The notes beneath the pieces are model-generated. The model did not search any database and was not told the origin of the DNA. It worked only from the letters and a program-made list of their open reading frames with translations. Made by a program: the position numbers and the translations under genes. Shown piece after piece: positions 30,101 through 39,350 of a DNA stretch of 64,000 nt (within the stretch, counting starts at the first letter, position 1; each line of letters begins with the position of its first letter). The DNA is from a virus. Where the stretch lies: the IMG/VR virus record IMGVR_UViG_3300050015_000702. One strand, written 5' to 3'.

Positions 30101-31816
30101 ACATATATCACCGTTAAGCAATTGATGTTTAATGAACCCTACTTAGATGTATTTTCCAAGTTGGTTTATTCAAATGATAATGTGGACGATACAAAAGTTC
30201 GTTCGACCATTCTTTATTACAACCAATACAAGAATAGCGTTGATACTATTTTCTTAGGATTAAATCTTTCGCTTAAGGTTAGAGATACCGCAAGAAACTC
30301 TCTTAATATCAAGAACTATGATAAATACAGGTTTTCATTTATCTCTACTGCTTCTAAAAACAGAGATAACAGTCGCCCAGTAGAAGTTATCATTAATGAA
30401 AATACCCAAACCATTTTAATGATTTGGTACCAGGGAAACGACATATTGAATTACTCGTATAGAAATTCCTCTATTCTTCCCGGAAAAGCTCTTTTAAATG
30501 ATTCTTCTGCAAATATCGATATGAAAGCATTTATGACGGGTAAAGATGTTTCCACCTATTCATTTGTAAAAACCCCTTTTATTGTTAATAATGCTGCTAC
30601 TAGTTTAGCTATCTTAAACTTATACAATCAGCATCCAGTAGGTGATTATCCTGCTAGCATGGCTAATCCGTATTCTCAGTTTAATTATAGCCCAACAATA
30701 TTTAGTACTGTTTGGAATGCATTTACAGATGGAAATACGATTTTATTTGATGTAATGTCAGTTCCAAGATCCTACAATACTTTTAATCAAGTAGTTAGCT
30801 ATGATTATGCCAGAAATGCTTTAACTTATGGTGAACATGTTATGAATTATGGCTATAAATATAACACAAATGAAAATTTCTACAGAAACGGAACTTGTAC
30901 ATACGAGGATTTAGTTTATTTCTTATCGGCAAATCACGATAAGGTATTCTACTATATTATTTCTGGGGATACAGTTCTGAACAATTATGACTTTAGAGTT
31001 CCTCCATTTACCGTTTTAATCAATGATCCTAGAAATTATAAGGGTCTTAAAACTTTCAATGGTTGGTTTAAACCAAAATTTGATAATATTCTTGGATTTA
31101 CAGTTGATGAACACAAGGATCTTATGGATATTGTTAAGACAGACTTCATGATGTGTAACACAAATCTTAGGGTTTCTAATAATATTGATCAACTATGGTA
31201 TAATAAAGTAGTTACTTCGGTTACCGACGCAGATGTTGTCAACGGAAATGCTATTCAGTTTAAGCCATCATTCAATACTTTTGAATCTCTTTGGGACGCA
31301 GGATATTATACTCTAGGCGATTCAACCCCTATTGATGGTTATAATTCAGGAACAGAACTTCCTTCATTCTTTGGATCGAAGCTAATTAAACTTCCGAATG
31401 AATTTCCAATCGATAGTTGGGATCCAACGGTAGCTTCATATACAGAAACAGATACAGAAATAAATTTTTCATTTAATCTAACTGTAGCTCTTCAGAATAT
31501 GTTCAAAGTTAATTATGATTTCATTCAGAATTGGAGTGCATTTTCAAATGCAGATGATGCTATCAATTCTTATGTGAAAAATATTATCTTGCAGTATTAC
31601 AATATTGGAATTGGAAAACTTGATACAACTTTGTATTCCAAACCATTTGATGGAACACTTTTACACTATACTAACAACGGAGATTTTACTCCTGATGAAG
31701 CTATAAATGTAGATGCTGTCATGTCAGTAGAGAATAATGAATACATTTATAACATTACAGTTAAGAAAACGGGAAATCTTTCCTACTATGCAAAATTTAT
31801 CCTTACGGAAAAGTAA
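27122..31816 (+). CDS. very large baseplate/tail structural protein
   Basis: 1564-aa ORF in the structural operon, D-x-S rich. Confidence 0.55.
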   Translation: MIKQFTENAILTTQNPECFLNFAYEAPDPSLWIVPEVVTGLGKYLVNGIDVQSASVGYALHLSDQDFRASFLIYTSHLEDFDSSLHFRIYNNAACTTLVDVKSVNIYNRQFQITSDQINSLVNQNILIDDEASYLVLRTNPKFSGNIKLIVDVSENLFLDTFQISDILNNKKYRKQQVSGNSVYSGDVRNVFSSLPKGELYRVSVNDALNIAVPKTDLFNQYDTTYNYGARLLMDDLYTEDNGVLAPLWINQTLPDFFALFRLPGTFNPETYAVTPDLTNLAFKYLEESELIKSWSLKKGSTLGTYLDHHLSDITSNPAPVFLSLPDTSILFGDSDPNTWYGVAIDKGIVTGRSETQYFFEQNQQNFAQLNQFISSGFERNNLVCSNLINLQYIFDDNDVSLYSMSRYFGFYLTENPLYKFAYYMDTSTSDLMFLSLDGKDSSLFIDSSILWDASGNVTAEFSNRIFTLNGGDSLIRIKNINPFITDDETIQDFINKPGVNLFDVAVKKEKINPFATIKLNTQLHGGDHIRVLNKTTGKIWEAYGAPTDPYKYVAKHTTPEYPILYQTSFNTALDIEGQIHSLYDAFDLFSSYPDCPFHVETRGSDWFSIILNDDASFGDDWKIQRITSQTRQQPNDENSVFNTSASPSDVNFFRFFTPDASDFLTISYDASYGPITFELYGDRRSIEVNFVNSSDNILWSFVSDDKILQKFQNYMLYQETNGRYRLIKKFDINSHEFNLVRDPLTPDDRVLIMTPSDIALFHGNWNAYAAFPMYFSLMGINPVKDIDYTVYDSSLGAVSEYVYKREGDASTWFVNLAPKETHTIDFRGSFEVLSGDGSILTNGLFIPYNASTKFNTFNNDRTIIANNPTVLGFTTVLDGSTVFTSYDPSVKEENLEDYYVNNKLLKYPLTTPIISSWVGLGTDCRNNLLRFILDASIFAPDPSGVSNFLPTVNNYIDEISYPVYKYLTPGTRNWQDYVFYDINDAVLSQDGSTYITVKQLMFNEPYLDVFSKLVYSNDNVDDTKVRSTILYYNQYKNSVDTIFLGLNLSLKVRDTARNSLNIKNYDKYRFSFISTASKNRDNSRPVEVIINENTQTILMIWYQGNDILNYSYRNSSILPGKALLNDSSANIDMKAFMTGKDVSTYSFVKTPFIVNNAATSLAILNLYNQHPVGDYPASMANPYSQFNYSPTIFSTVWNAFTDGNTILFDVMSVPRSYNTFNQVVSYDYARNALTYGEHVMNYGYKYNTNENFYRNGTCTYEDLVYFLSANHDKVFYYIISGDTVLNNYDFRVPPFTVLINDPRNYKGLKTFNGWFKPKFDNILGFTVDEHKDLMDIVKTDFMMCNTNLRVSNNIDQLWYNKVVTSVTDADVVNGNAIQFKPSFNTFESLWDAGYYTLGDSTPIDGYNSGTELPSFFGSKLIKLPNEFPIDSWDPTVASYTETDTEINFSFNLTVALQNMFKVNYDFIQNWSAFSNADDAINSYVKNIILQYYNIGIGKLDTTLYSKPFDGTLLHYTNNGDFTPDEAINVDAVMSVENNEYIYNITVKKTGNLSYYAKFILTEK

Positions 31817-31840
31817 TAATATATAAAGAAACACGGTTAT

Positions 31841-34783
31841 ATGGACAATTTTAAATACGCACCCGGTCAATCGGGATATGGAACTACAGGCGTTGATGGA
31901 TCTTCTGGTCTATCTGGACTTGCTGTTTATTTTACTACTTATGACGGCGATGGAACAGACACAACTACGATAAAAAATAAGATCGACAATAACCTTATTC
32001 TTTCCCCTGCTGTTCAAAAAATTCCTGGTTACCCAACAAGGGTTTACCAAAATGGTGACATATTTATAGACATTAATGGAAAAGCCTATGAAATTGATTT
32101 ATCAAATCCAAATAGATTTGCTTATACCGGTTACAATTTAAGTGGAACAAGTTTATTCATTCCTTCGGCTATCCCCGGATCTACAACTGATAGGTATTCC
32201 AATGCTTATCCTAACAAAATTATAGATACCGTAAATGCTGCAGTATTATCTTCAGATTTTTATACTGACTATCCATCTATCATTTATGGTATTAGTTCAA
32301 AAAAATTCGCGAGAATCGAATATTCCAATACTGACCCAGATAGCGCAGGCAGAAACCCATTTACCCTATTCATTGGCGCAGATACAACTCCTGGAGATAA
32401 TAAAGCTTTAGCTCTTGTTAGAGATATAGCTAGCAATACTTTCCGTTTAGGAAACCTTGATGATCTTGGAGCTTTAAGACAAACTAATTTGATATTTGAC
32501 GTACAATATCTTACTCAAAATAAACACAATAATGATTTTTCTAGAACAGAATCTGATGGAACGATCATTACAAATCATGAAGTGGATACAAATCTTTTAT
32601 TAAGTCCGGTTTTTATTTATAACCCGCCTTCTTTTATATCTTCTTCAAGTACCGGATTTATGCTAAACTTATCTTGGAATAAACAAGATTTTTTTCCAAC
32701 AGTTCCTGCTGGAAGTTTACCTACAGCTAATTTATATTTTACTCAAAAACAAGCATCTTATACAGGACAAGAATTCCTTTTTAATTATTTAGATCCTTCT
32801 ACTCGTCCAATGGTTTTTCCCGATATTGATCTTGTTGGAAGTATCGATGTTAGCGGACTTGTACATAATATGTTATACGAAGCATATATTTCATTTTTCG
32901 ATAGAGGATGGCAAAGAAATTCTATAAAATTAGGTCTTTCAACAGGAATAAATCTAATTATTCATAATCCAGCACCTGTATGTTATCCTGCAACAATAGA
33001 TTTAACAAACCCTGCTATTACAGCTGGATCTACACCAGGATTAGTTTATACTTACTGGAATGACGCAGGCGATACAAGCCCGGTTGCTAATCCAGCCGCA
33101 GTTCCAAACGGAACTTATTATATTAGAGGAACTTCTGGCGGTGCTACGAATCAGGGGCCTGTAACAGCTACTGTGGTTGCTTTACCTATTACTGCATTAA
33201 ACGCTCTTGATCCTACTACATTCTGTCTAGGAACTCTTGTTCACTTCTCAGTTACCGGAGGTGGTGCAGGTGCAACTTATCAATTTAGAGTAAATGGAAA
33301 CCCTGTTCAAACTAGTGCTTCCGCATTATTCCAGACTTCTTCTCTTACAAACGGTCAAATAGTTACTTGTTTAGTAACCAATTCAGCAGGATGTTCAGCT
33401 CTTGCAACAGGTTCTTATACAGTTTCAGTTAATGCTATTCCAACAGTTTCGATGACCGGACCTGCTACAGCATGTGTTAATTCAACAGGAAATGTTTACA
33501 GCACTCAGGGAGGTCAATCTAATTATGTTTGGAACGTAACTGGTGGAACAATTACAAGTGGTGGAAGTACAAGCGATAATACAGTTACAGTTACTTGGGG
33601 TTCTATTGGAGCTAAGACTGTTTCAGTTAATTATACAAATGGAAGCGGATGTTCCGCTGTAAGCCCAACTTCTTACCCAGTATCAGTTGTAGCTTTACCG
33701 GTTCCAACAATTAGTGGGCCAGCAGCTCCTTGCGTAGGTGTTGCCGGACAGGTTTACACAACGGAAGCTGGACAATCAGGTTATACATGGGCAGTTTCTG
33801 CTGGTGGAACTATCAATTCGGGTTCTGGAACTAATTCAATATCTGTTACCTGGACTACTACCGGAGCTAAGAACGTTACTGTTAACTATACTAGCCCAGG
33901 CGGATGTACAGCAGCAACTCCATCAATTTACAATCTTACCGTTAATGCTCTTCCAGTTGTAGCACTTACAGGAACAACTTCAGTATGCGCAGGTTCAACC
34001 GGAAACGTTTATACAACTGATGCAGGTATGAGTAATTATACTTGGGCTATATCTGGAGGTGTTATTACTGCCGGAGGTATTTCAGGAAGTAATACAGCTA
34101 CCGTTACTTGGAATGCTGCAGGAGCTGGATCTATATCAGTTAACTATACTAATGGAAACGGATGTACTGCATCTAGTGCAACTTCTCTAGGAGTTACTAT
34201 TAATGCTATACCAGTTCCAGTAGTTTCTGGAGATACTACAGCAATAATTAATACTGCGGGACATGTTTATCTTACAGCACCGGGTCAATATAGTTACGCT
34301 TGGTCAATTGTAGGAGGAACCATCGATAGTGGTCAAGGAACAAATTCGGTTTCAGTAACTTGGACTAGTCTTGGTGCTCAATCACTTTCAGTTAGTGCTA
34401 CAAGTGCTTCTGGATGTACTGGAAACTCAGCTTCATATGGAGTTTCAGTGAGCGGAGTACCTGCAACTTTGGACGTACAATCATTCATAGTATTTACATT
34501 AGGGGGAGCAATACACAATCCTCCAACAACAAGCAATGTTGTAAATATTACTAATGTTACCCCTCCTGGAAACTTCTGGACCGCAACACCTAATGCCAAC
34601 TGGATGGTTTTATTGCCATTTAGTAATTGTACATCGGGTACTGGTGGAACTGTTGTTTCGACAACTGGTGGACCAGGATCATTCCAGGTTTCTGTCGGCG
34701 CTACCGGATCTCCTAGAAGCTCCTCTATTACCGTTACATCATTAGCTCCAACTAAAACATGTCAAGTTAACCAGACAAGCTAA
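31841..34783 (+). CDS. adhesin/tail fibre with PKD/Ig-like repeats and a C-terminal BACON-like domain
   Basis: Four repeats of G...C....G.VY.T..G...Y.W...GG.I.SG..TN...VTW...G...(V/L)SV; end WTATPNANW...RSSSITVT. Confidence 0.75.
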   Translation: MDNFKYAPGQSGYGTTGVDGSSGLSGLAVYFTTYDGDGTDTTTIKNKIDNNLILSPAVQKIPGYPTRVYQNGDIFIDINGKAYEIDLSNPNRFAYTGYNLSGTSLFIPSAIPGSTTDRYSNAYPNKIIDTVNAAVLSSDFYTDYPSIIYGISSKKFARIEYSNTDPDSAGRNPFTLFIGADTTPGDNKALALVRDIASNTFRLGNLDDLGALRQTNLIFDVQYLTQNKHNNDFSRTESDGTIITNHEVDTNLLLSPVFIYNPPSFISSSSTGFMLNLSWNKQDFFPTVPAGSLPTANLYFTQKQASYTGQEFLFNYLDPSTRPMVFPDIDLVGSIDVSGLVHNMLYEAYISFFDRGWQRNSIKLGLSTGINLIIHNPAPVCYPATIDLTNPAITAGSTPGLVYTYWNDAGDTSPVANPAAVPNGTYYIRGTSGGATNQGPVTATVVALPITALNALDPTTFCLGTLVHFSVTGGGAGATYQFRVNGNPVQTSASALFQTSSLTNGQIVTCLVTNSAGCSALATGSYTVSVNAIPTVSMTGPATACVNSTGNVYSTQGGQSNYVWNVTGGTITSGGSTSDNTVTVTWGSIGAKTVSVNYTNGSGCSAVSPTSYPVSVVALPVPTISGPAAPCVGVAGQVYTTEAGQSGYTWAVSAGGTINSGSGTNSISVTWTTTGAKNVTVNYTSPGGCTAATPSIYNLTVNALPVVALTGTTSVCAGSTGNVYTTDAGMSNYTWAISGGVITAGGISGSNTATVTWNAAGAGSISVNYTNGNGCTASSATSLGVTINAIPVPVVSGDTTAIINTAGHVYLTAPGQYSYAWSIVGGTIDSGQGTNSVSVTWTSLGAQSLSVSATSASGCTGNSASYGVSVSGVPATLDVQSFIVFTLGGAIHNPPTTSNVVNITNVTPPGNFWTATPNANWMVLLPFSNCTSGTGGTVVSTTGGPGSFQVSVGATGSPRSSSITVTSLAPTKTCQVNQTS

Positions 34784-37782
34784 TGGGAGATAAATTAAAA
34801 TATGCACAATCTTTACCCGGATATGGATTCGGTGGGGCAAATGGCTCCACCGGTCTTCTTGGGTTCTCAATTTATTTTACATCTTATAATGGGGATATAG
34901 ATACTACCACTCTTGTGGATTTAATTGATCTGAATGTTCCTCTACTAGTAGGATCTCACTTCCCTCAATACTTAAATAGACCTTATCAAACGGGGGATGT
35001 ATTTGTTGATATTGGAGGAAAGGTTTTTCAAATAGATCTCTCTCTTCCTTCAAGATATTCTTATACCGGATATATTTTAAGTTCCAAAAATTTATTTGTA
35101 AATGCAAATATTCCTGGGATGCTTGGCGCGGAGGAAAGATGGTCAAATCAGTATCCGTTTAATATCATTGATACCGTAAACGCAAACACATTAACATCTT
35201 CATATTATACTGATTACCCGGATTCAATTTATGGAATTGATTCCAAACAATTTGCTAGAATAGAATATTCTAATAAAACAGAAGCAGGTGGAAGAAACGT
35301 ATTTTCTCTTTATATAGGGGCTGCTGCAGATGCAAGTGATAATTATGCTTTGGGTCTTATCAGAGATATAGCAAGTAATACATTTAGATTTGGCAATTTA
35401 GATGATGCAAATGATCTAAGAGATGTTGCTTTAAATTTTGATGTTAAGTCTTTAAAAGTTAATAAATTACCCTTTACAAGAAATTCTGTAGATGGAACCA
35501 TACTTTCAAATACAGAAATAGATACAAAAAATTTAATATGGCCGTTATTCAAATATGACCCCGCCTCTTTCACTTATGATTCCCCTCTTTCAACTTATGC
35601 TCATATTTATTGGGATAAAAGAGACTTTTTAAATACTAATGATTTAGGAATTGTAAATAGTATTCCAGCAACTTTATATTTTTATCAAAAAACAAATGCT
35701 TCTTATAATGGAAAAGATTTTAATTTTTTAGATGATTCTTCAATGAGGGAATTTTCTTTTCCAAATATTGATGTTTCTGGTATTATTAGAATTTCAGGTC
35801 TTCCGTCCGGATTTAAATTCGGAGCACATATTGCATTCGATGATAAAGGATGGGAAAGATGCTCAAAAATATTAAGTATTAATCCAGGAACAGATCCCGT
35901 ACATTTAATGATTCACAACCCAGCACCTATATGTTTTCCAAATACTGTGGATTTAACTAATCCTGCTATAACCGCAGGTTCAACTCCCGGCGGAATAACT
36001 CTTTCCTATTGGTCAGATTATCCTCCAACTACTCCATTATTGAATCCTACAGCTGTGGGAATAAACAGTAGCACTTATACAATTCAAGCTACCGATGGAA
36101 TTTCTATTGATGCTTCAACAGTATTAGTAATCGTTCATTTCGTTACTGCTGGCATTAGTGTATTGCCTGTTGGACCTTTCTGTTCGGGAACTTCTGTTAC
36201 ATTTACAGGAACCGGAGGAACTAACTATAATTTCCGAGTCGATAATATTAGTGTTCAAAATGGAGCTTCCTCAACTTATACAACCACAACACTTACAAGT
36301 GGTCAAGTTGTAGATGTTGTAGTTACTGATGCGATCACAGGATGTTCTGCAACTTCAGCAGGAATTATAAATACCGTTAGCCCATCTCCAACTGTAGTCA
36401 TTACGAACCCAACACCTGTTTGCTATCCAAATACCGTTGATTTAACTGCTCCAGCCGTAACAGCAGGCTCAACTGCCGGATTATCATATTCATATTGGTA
36501 CGATGCTTTAGCAACCAGCGGAATACCAAATCCAACTGCCGTTACTTCTGGTACTTACTATATCAAGGGAGATACCGGAACAGGATGTTTCAGAATTCAA
36601 CCTGTTGTTGCAGTTCAGAATGCTCTTCCAGTATTTAGTGTAGGAAATAATGGACCTGTATGCGTAGGTTCCCCATTATCCTTAACCGGACCCGCAGGAA
36701 TGGTTACTTATTCATGGACTGGACCTTTAGGATTTGTAGCTTCAACACAAAATCCTCTAGTATCTGCAGCAGCTACTTTAGGAATGGCAGGAGTTTATAC
36801 TCTTACAGCTTCAGATATACATGGATGCTCCAATATAGCAACCACAACTCCTGTAGTTAATTCTATACCATCTATTATAAGTACTATGGATTCTTCAAAA
36901 TGTGGAATGGGGACAGTAACTCTAGGAGCAACTGCTTCAGCAGGTACGATTAATTGGTATAATGCTCCTACTGGCGGAAGTTCTCTTGGAACGGGAACAT
37001 CCTTTACAACTCCAATTTTATCATCTACAACAACTTACTATGTGGATACAACTAATAATGGATGTACTTCTCCAAGATCAGCTGTTGTGGCAACTATAAA
37101 TTCAGTACCAACTGTGAACATAACTAACCCAGCTCCTGTAGAATTACCAGCAACTGTTAATTTAACAGCTCCAGCCGTAACTGCAGGTTCAACTCCAGGA
37201 TTAACATTTACTTACTGGCATGATTCCGGAGCAACAAGTCCTGTTGCAGACCCAGTACATGCAGCAGCGGGAACTTATTACATCAAGGGAACTGTTCCTG
37301 GAACAGGATGCTATAGTATTCACTCTGTTTTAGCAGTTCAGACATTCACCCCAGTAATTGGATTTGACGACTTAGGAAATATTAATGTTACTAATCTAGG
37401 CGGTAAAACAATTACACTTGATATTAGTTTAAATGCTCACGCATACGTATCAATGATTTCTGGCGGAAGTGGAAGAAGCTGTTATGCTTCAATTGGTTGC
37501 GGCGCAGGATCGGCTACCGCAAGTTGCTCGACCTCTACAGATTGTCAGGATGTTCAAACAGATCATGTTATCATTCCCGGAGTAACCAGCGGATCCGTTA
37601 TTTCTATCGTTTACGATATAAGTAATATCGAATGCGGATATGAATATGATGTAGGCGGAGATTGTACGGCTACTATGAGTGCTTTTGTAACTAACGGAGG
37701 TGGCGGAGTCGCTATCAACTATAATCAATTTCAGGCTTATAGTAACTGTTCCGGAATAGTAACCCAAAAAGGAAATGCTTAA
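34783..37782 (+). CDS. adhesin/tail fibre paralog with CHU-like Ig repeats
   Basis: N-terminal ~370 aa paralogous to the upstream gene; three NP.P.C.P.TVDLT.PA(I/V)TAGST repeats; WYNAPTGGS.LGTG..FTTP....TTTYYV. Confidence 0.75.
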   Translation: MGDKLKYAQSLPGYGFGGANGSTGLLGFSIYFTSYNGDIDTTTLVDLIDLNVPLLVGSHFPQYLNRPYQTGDVFVDIGGKVFQIDLSLPSRYSYTGYILSSKNLFVNANIPGMLGAEERWSNQYPFNIIDTVNANTLTSSYYTDYPDSIYGIDSKQFARIEYSNKTEAGGRNVFSLYIGAAADASDNYALGLIRDIASNTFRFGNLDDANDLRDVALNFDVKSLKVNKLPFTRNSVDGTILSNTEIDTKNLIWPLFKYDPASFTYDSPLSTYAHIYWDKRDFLNTNDLGIVNSIPATLYFYQKTNASYNGKDFNFLDDSSMREFSFPNIDVSGIIRISGLPSGFKFGAHIAFDDKGWERCSKILSINPGTDPVHLMIHNPAPICFPNTVDLTNPAITAGSTPGGITLSYWSDYPPTTPLLNPTAVGINSSTYTIQATDGISIDASTVLVIVHFVTAGISVLPVGPFCSGTSVTFTGTGGTNYNFRVDNISVQNGASSTYTTTTLTSGQVVDVVVTDAITGCSATSAGIINTVSPSPTVVITNPTPVCYPNTVDLTAPAVTAGSTAGLSYSYWYDALATSGIPNPTAVTSGTYYIKGDTGTGCFRIQPVVAVQNALPVFSVGNNGPVCVGSPLSLTGPAGMVTYSWTGPLGFVASTQNPLVSAAATLGMAGVYTLTASDIHGCSNIATTTPVVNSIPSIISTMDSSKCGMGTVTLGATASAGTINWYNAPTGGSSLGTGTSFTTPILSSTTTYYVDTTNNGCTSPRSAVVATINSVPTVNITNPAPVELPATVNLTAPAVTAGSTPGLTFTYWHDSGATSPVADPVHAAAGTYYIKGTVPGTGCYSIHSVLAVQTFTPVIGFDDLGNINVTNLGGKTITLDISLNAHAYVSMISGGSGRSCYASIGCGAGSATASCSTSTDCQDVQTDHVIIPGVTSGSVISIVYDISNIECGYEYDVGGDCTATMSAFVTNGGGGVAINYNQFQAYSNCSGIVTQKGNA

Positions 37783-37797
37783 TACTAAATAAAAAAT

Positions 37798-38628
37798 ATG
37801 ACAACTTTAACTAAAATTTTAAAGGCTATCTGGGGATTTGTTAATAGCAAATTCCTCGGATATGCTGTAGCAATAGTCTTAGTACTTATGCTAGCTCAAA
37901 CCTGCAAAAAGAATTCTGATCTGAAAAAAGAAAAAGCTCAGCAAGAACAAAATATGGCAGCAAAAAATGATACGCTTCATCAGCAGAAGCTTAAAACAGG
38001 CGAACTCCAATTTACAATTGATGGATATATTGCCAGTGTAAAAGATCTTAAAAATATCAATAAAGATCTTGCCGACGAAGTTGATAAACAAAAAGGAACC
38101 GTAGTTAACTTGAATAAAGTGGTAGTTCTTTTAATGCAGGATACAACTGACTTAAGGAAATATATTAACGAGATAAAATCTGCAAAAGAAAAACCAACAA
38201 AAGTAAACGATACAACTTATTCAGTTCCTTGGACATTAGCATATAGTTATGATTCCCTAAATTATGATTTATTCAAGGGGAGAACTAAAATTGGATTAAC
38301 CGTAAGAGATAAATCCCTTGCAAAATTTGATTTTTCAAATGTAAATGTTTTGAACGAAGGAAGCGAACTTCTAACGAGAATGACCCAGATGGAATTAGTT
38401 TATGGTCAGAAATATGTCAAAGGAAAATTGGTTGTATTCGCCAATAGTAAATACCCCGGATTTCACGTTGTAAACATGGAAGGATTTACTGTCCCTGATC
38501 CTCCAAAGAAACATTGGTTTACCGGATGGAATGTTCAGCTTGGAATAACCCCCACCTGGGATTTTGTTAATAAAAAACCGATTATCGTAGTTGGACCTTC
38601 AATTGGATGGTCAATTTACCAGTGGTAA
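37798..38628 (+). CDS. membrane-anchored coiled-coil protein, spanin-like candidate
   Basis: N-terminal TM (+Cys), coiled coil, C-terminal amphipathic beta hairpin ending in W. Confidence 0.5.
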   Translation: MTTLTKILKAIWGFVNSKFLGYAVAIVLVLMLAQTCKKNSDLKKEKAQQEQNMAAKNDTLHQQKLKTGELQFTIDGYIASVKDLKNINKDLADEVDKQKGTVVNLNKVVVLLMQDTTDLRKYINEIKSAKEKPTKVNDTTYSVPWTLAYSYDSLNYDLFKGRTKIGLTVRDKSLAKFDFSNVNVLNEGSELLTRMTQMELVYGQKYVKGKLVVFANSKYPGFHVVNMEGFTVPDPPKKHWFTGWNVQLGITPTWDFVNKKPIIVVGPSIGWSIYQW

Positions 38629-38666
38629 GATAGATTTCAAAATATGAGCAAGTAAAGTTTTTCTAT

Positions 38667-38675
38667 GAATATATA
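38667..38675 (+). promoter_or_regulatory. putative late promoter of the GIY-YIG gene
   Basis: GAATATATA 12 nt upstream of ATG 38688. Confidence 0.65.
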
Positions 38676-38687
38676 AATAAAAAATTC

Positions 38688-39338
38688 ATGGAAAAACTTT
38701 TTAATTTTGTTTATGTTACAACTAATTTAATAAATGGAATGAAGTATGTTGGCGAATATTCTACCAACGATATAAATTCATATGAATCCAGGACTTATCT
38801 AGGGAGTGGAAGACCATATTTTAAAAATGCTCTTAAATTTTATGGTAGAAATAATTTTTATAGGGAAATATTAGAATCTTTTCCTACAAAACAAGAAGCT
38901 TTTAATGCTCAAGAAAAATACATTATTCAATTCGATACTTTAAAACCCAATGGATATAATTTAAATCCAAAGGGGGGCAATCAATGTAAAAATACAGGGC
39001 CATGGTTAAATAAGAATTTATCCGAAAAGCATAAAGAAAATATTTCTAAATCCCTTATCGGAAAAAATACATGGAGTAAGGGATGCCATCAATCAAAAGA
39101 AACAAAAAATTTAATAAGTTTATCAGAAATGGGTAAAGAGATTTCGGATCAGACAAAATTATTAATGTCATTAGCATCCGAGGGGAAACCTAAATCGGAA
39201 GATCATGCGAAAAAATGCAGAATAGCTAGATTAGGAAAAACAGTTCCAAAAATATTTTGTAAATATTGTCAAAGAGATTACGCCAATTATATGTATACTC
39301 TTTATCATGGAGAAAAATGTAAAAAGAAGAATATATAA
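38688..39338 (+). mobile_element. free-standing GIY-YIG homing endonuclease
   Basis: FVYVTTNLINGMKYVG, YLGSG, PNGYN, SE.HK..IS repeats, CKYC...HGEKCK. Confidence 0.85.
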
Positions 39339-39350
39339 AATAAATCGAAT

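Noticed and set aside
31841-37782. Diversity-generating retroelement acting on the adhesins
   Set aside because: Repeats are diverged at all bases, not adenine-specific; no reverse transcriptase in the window
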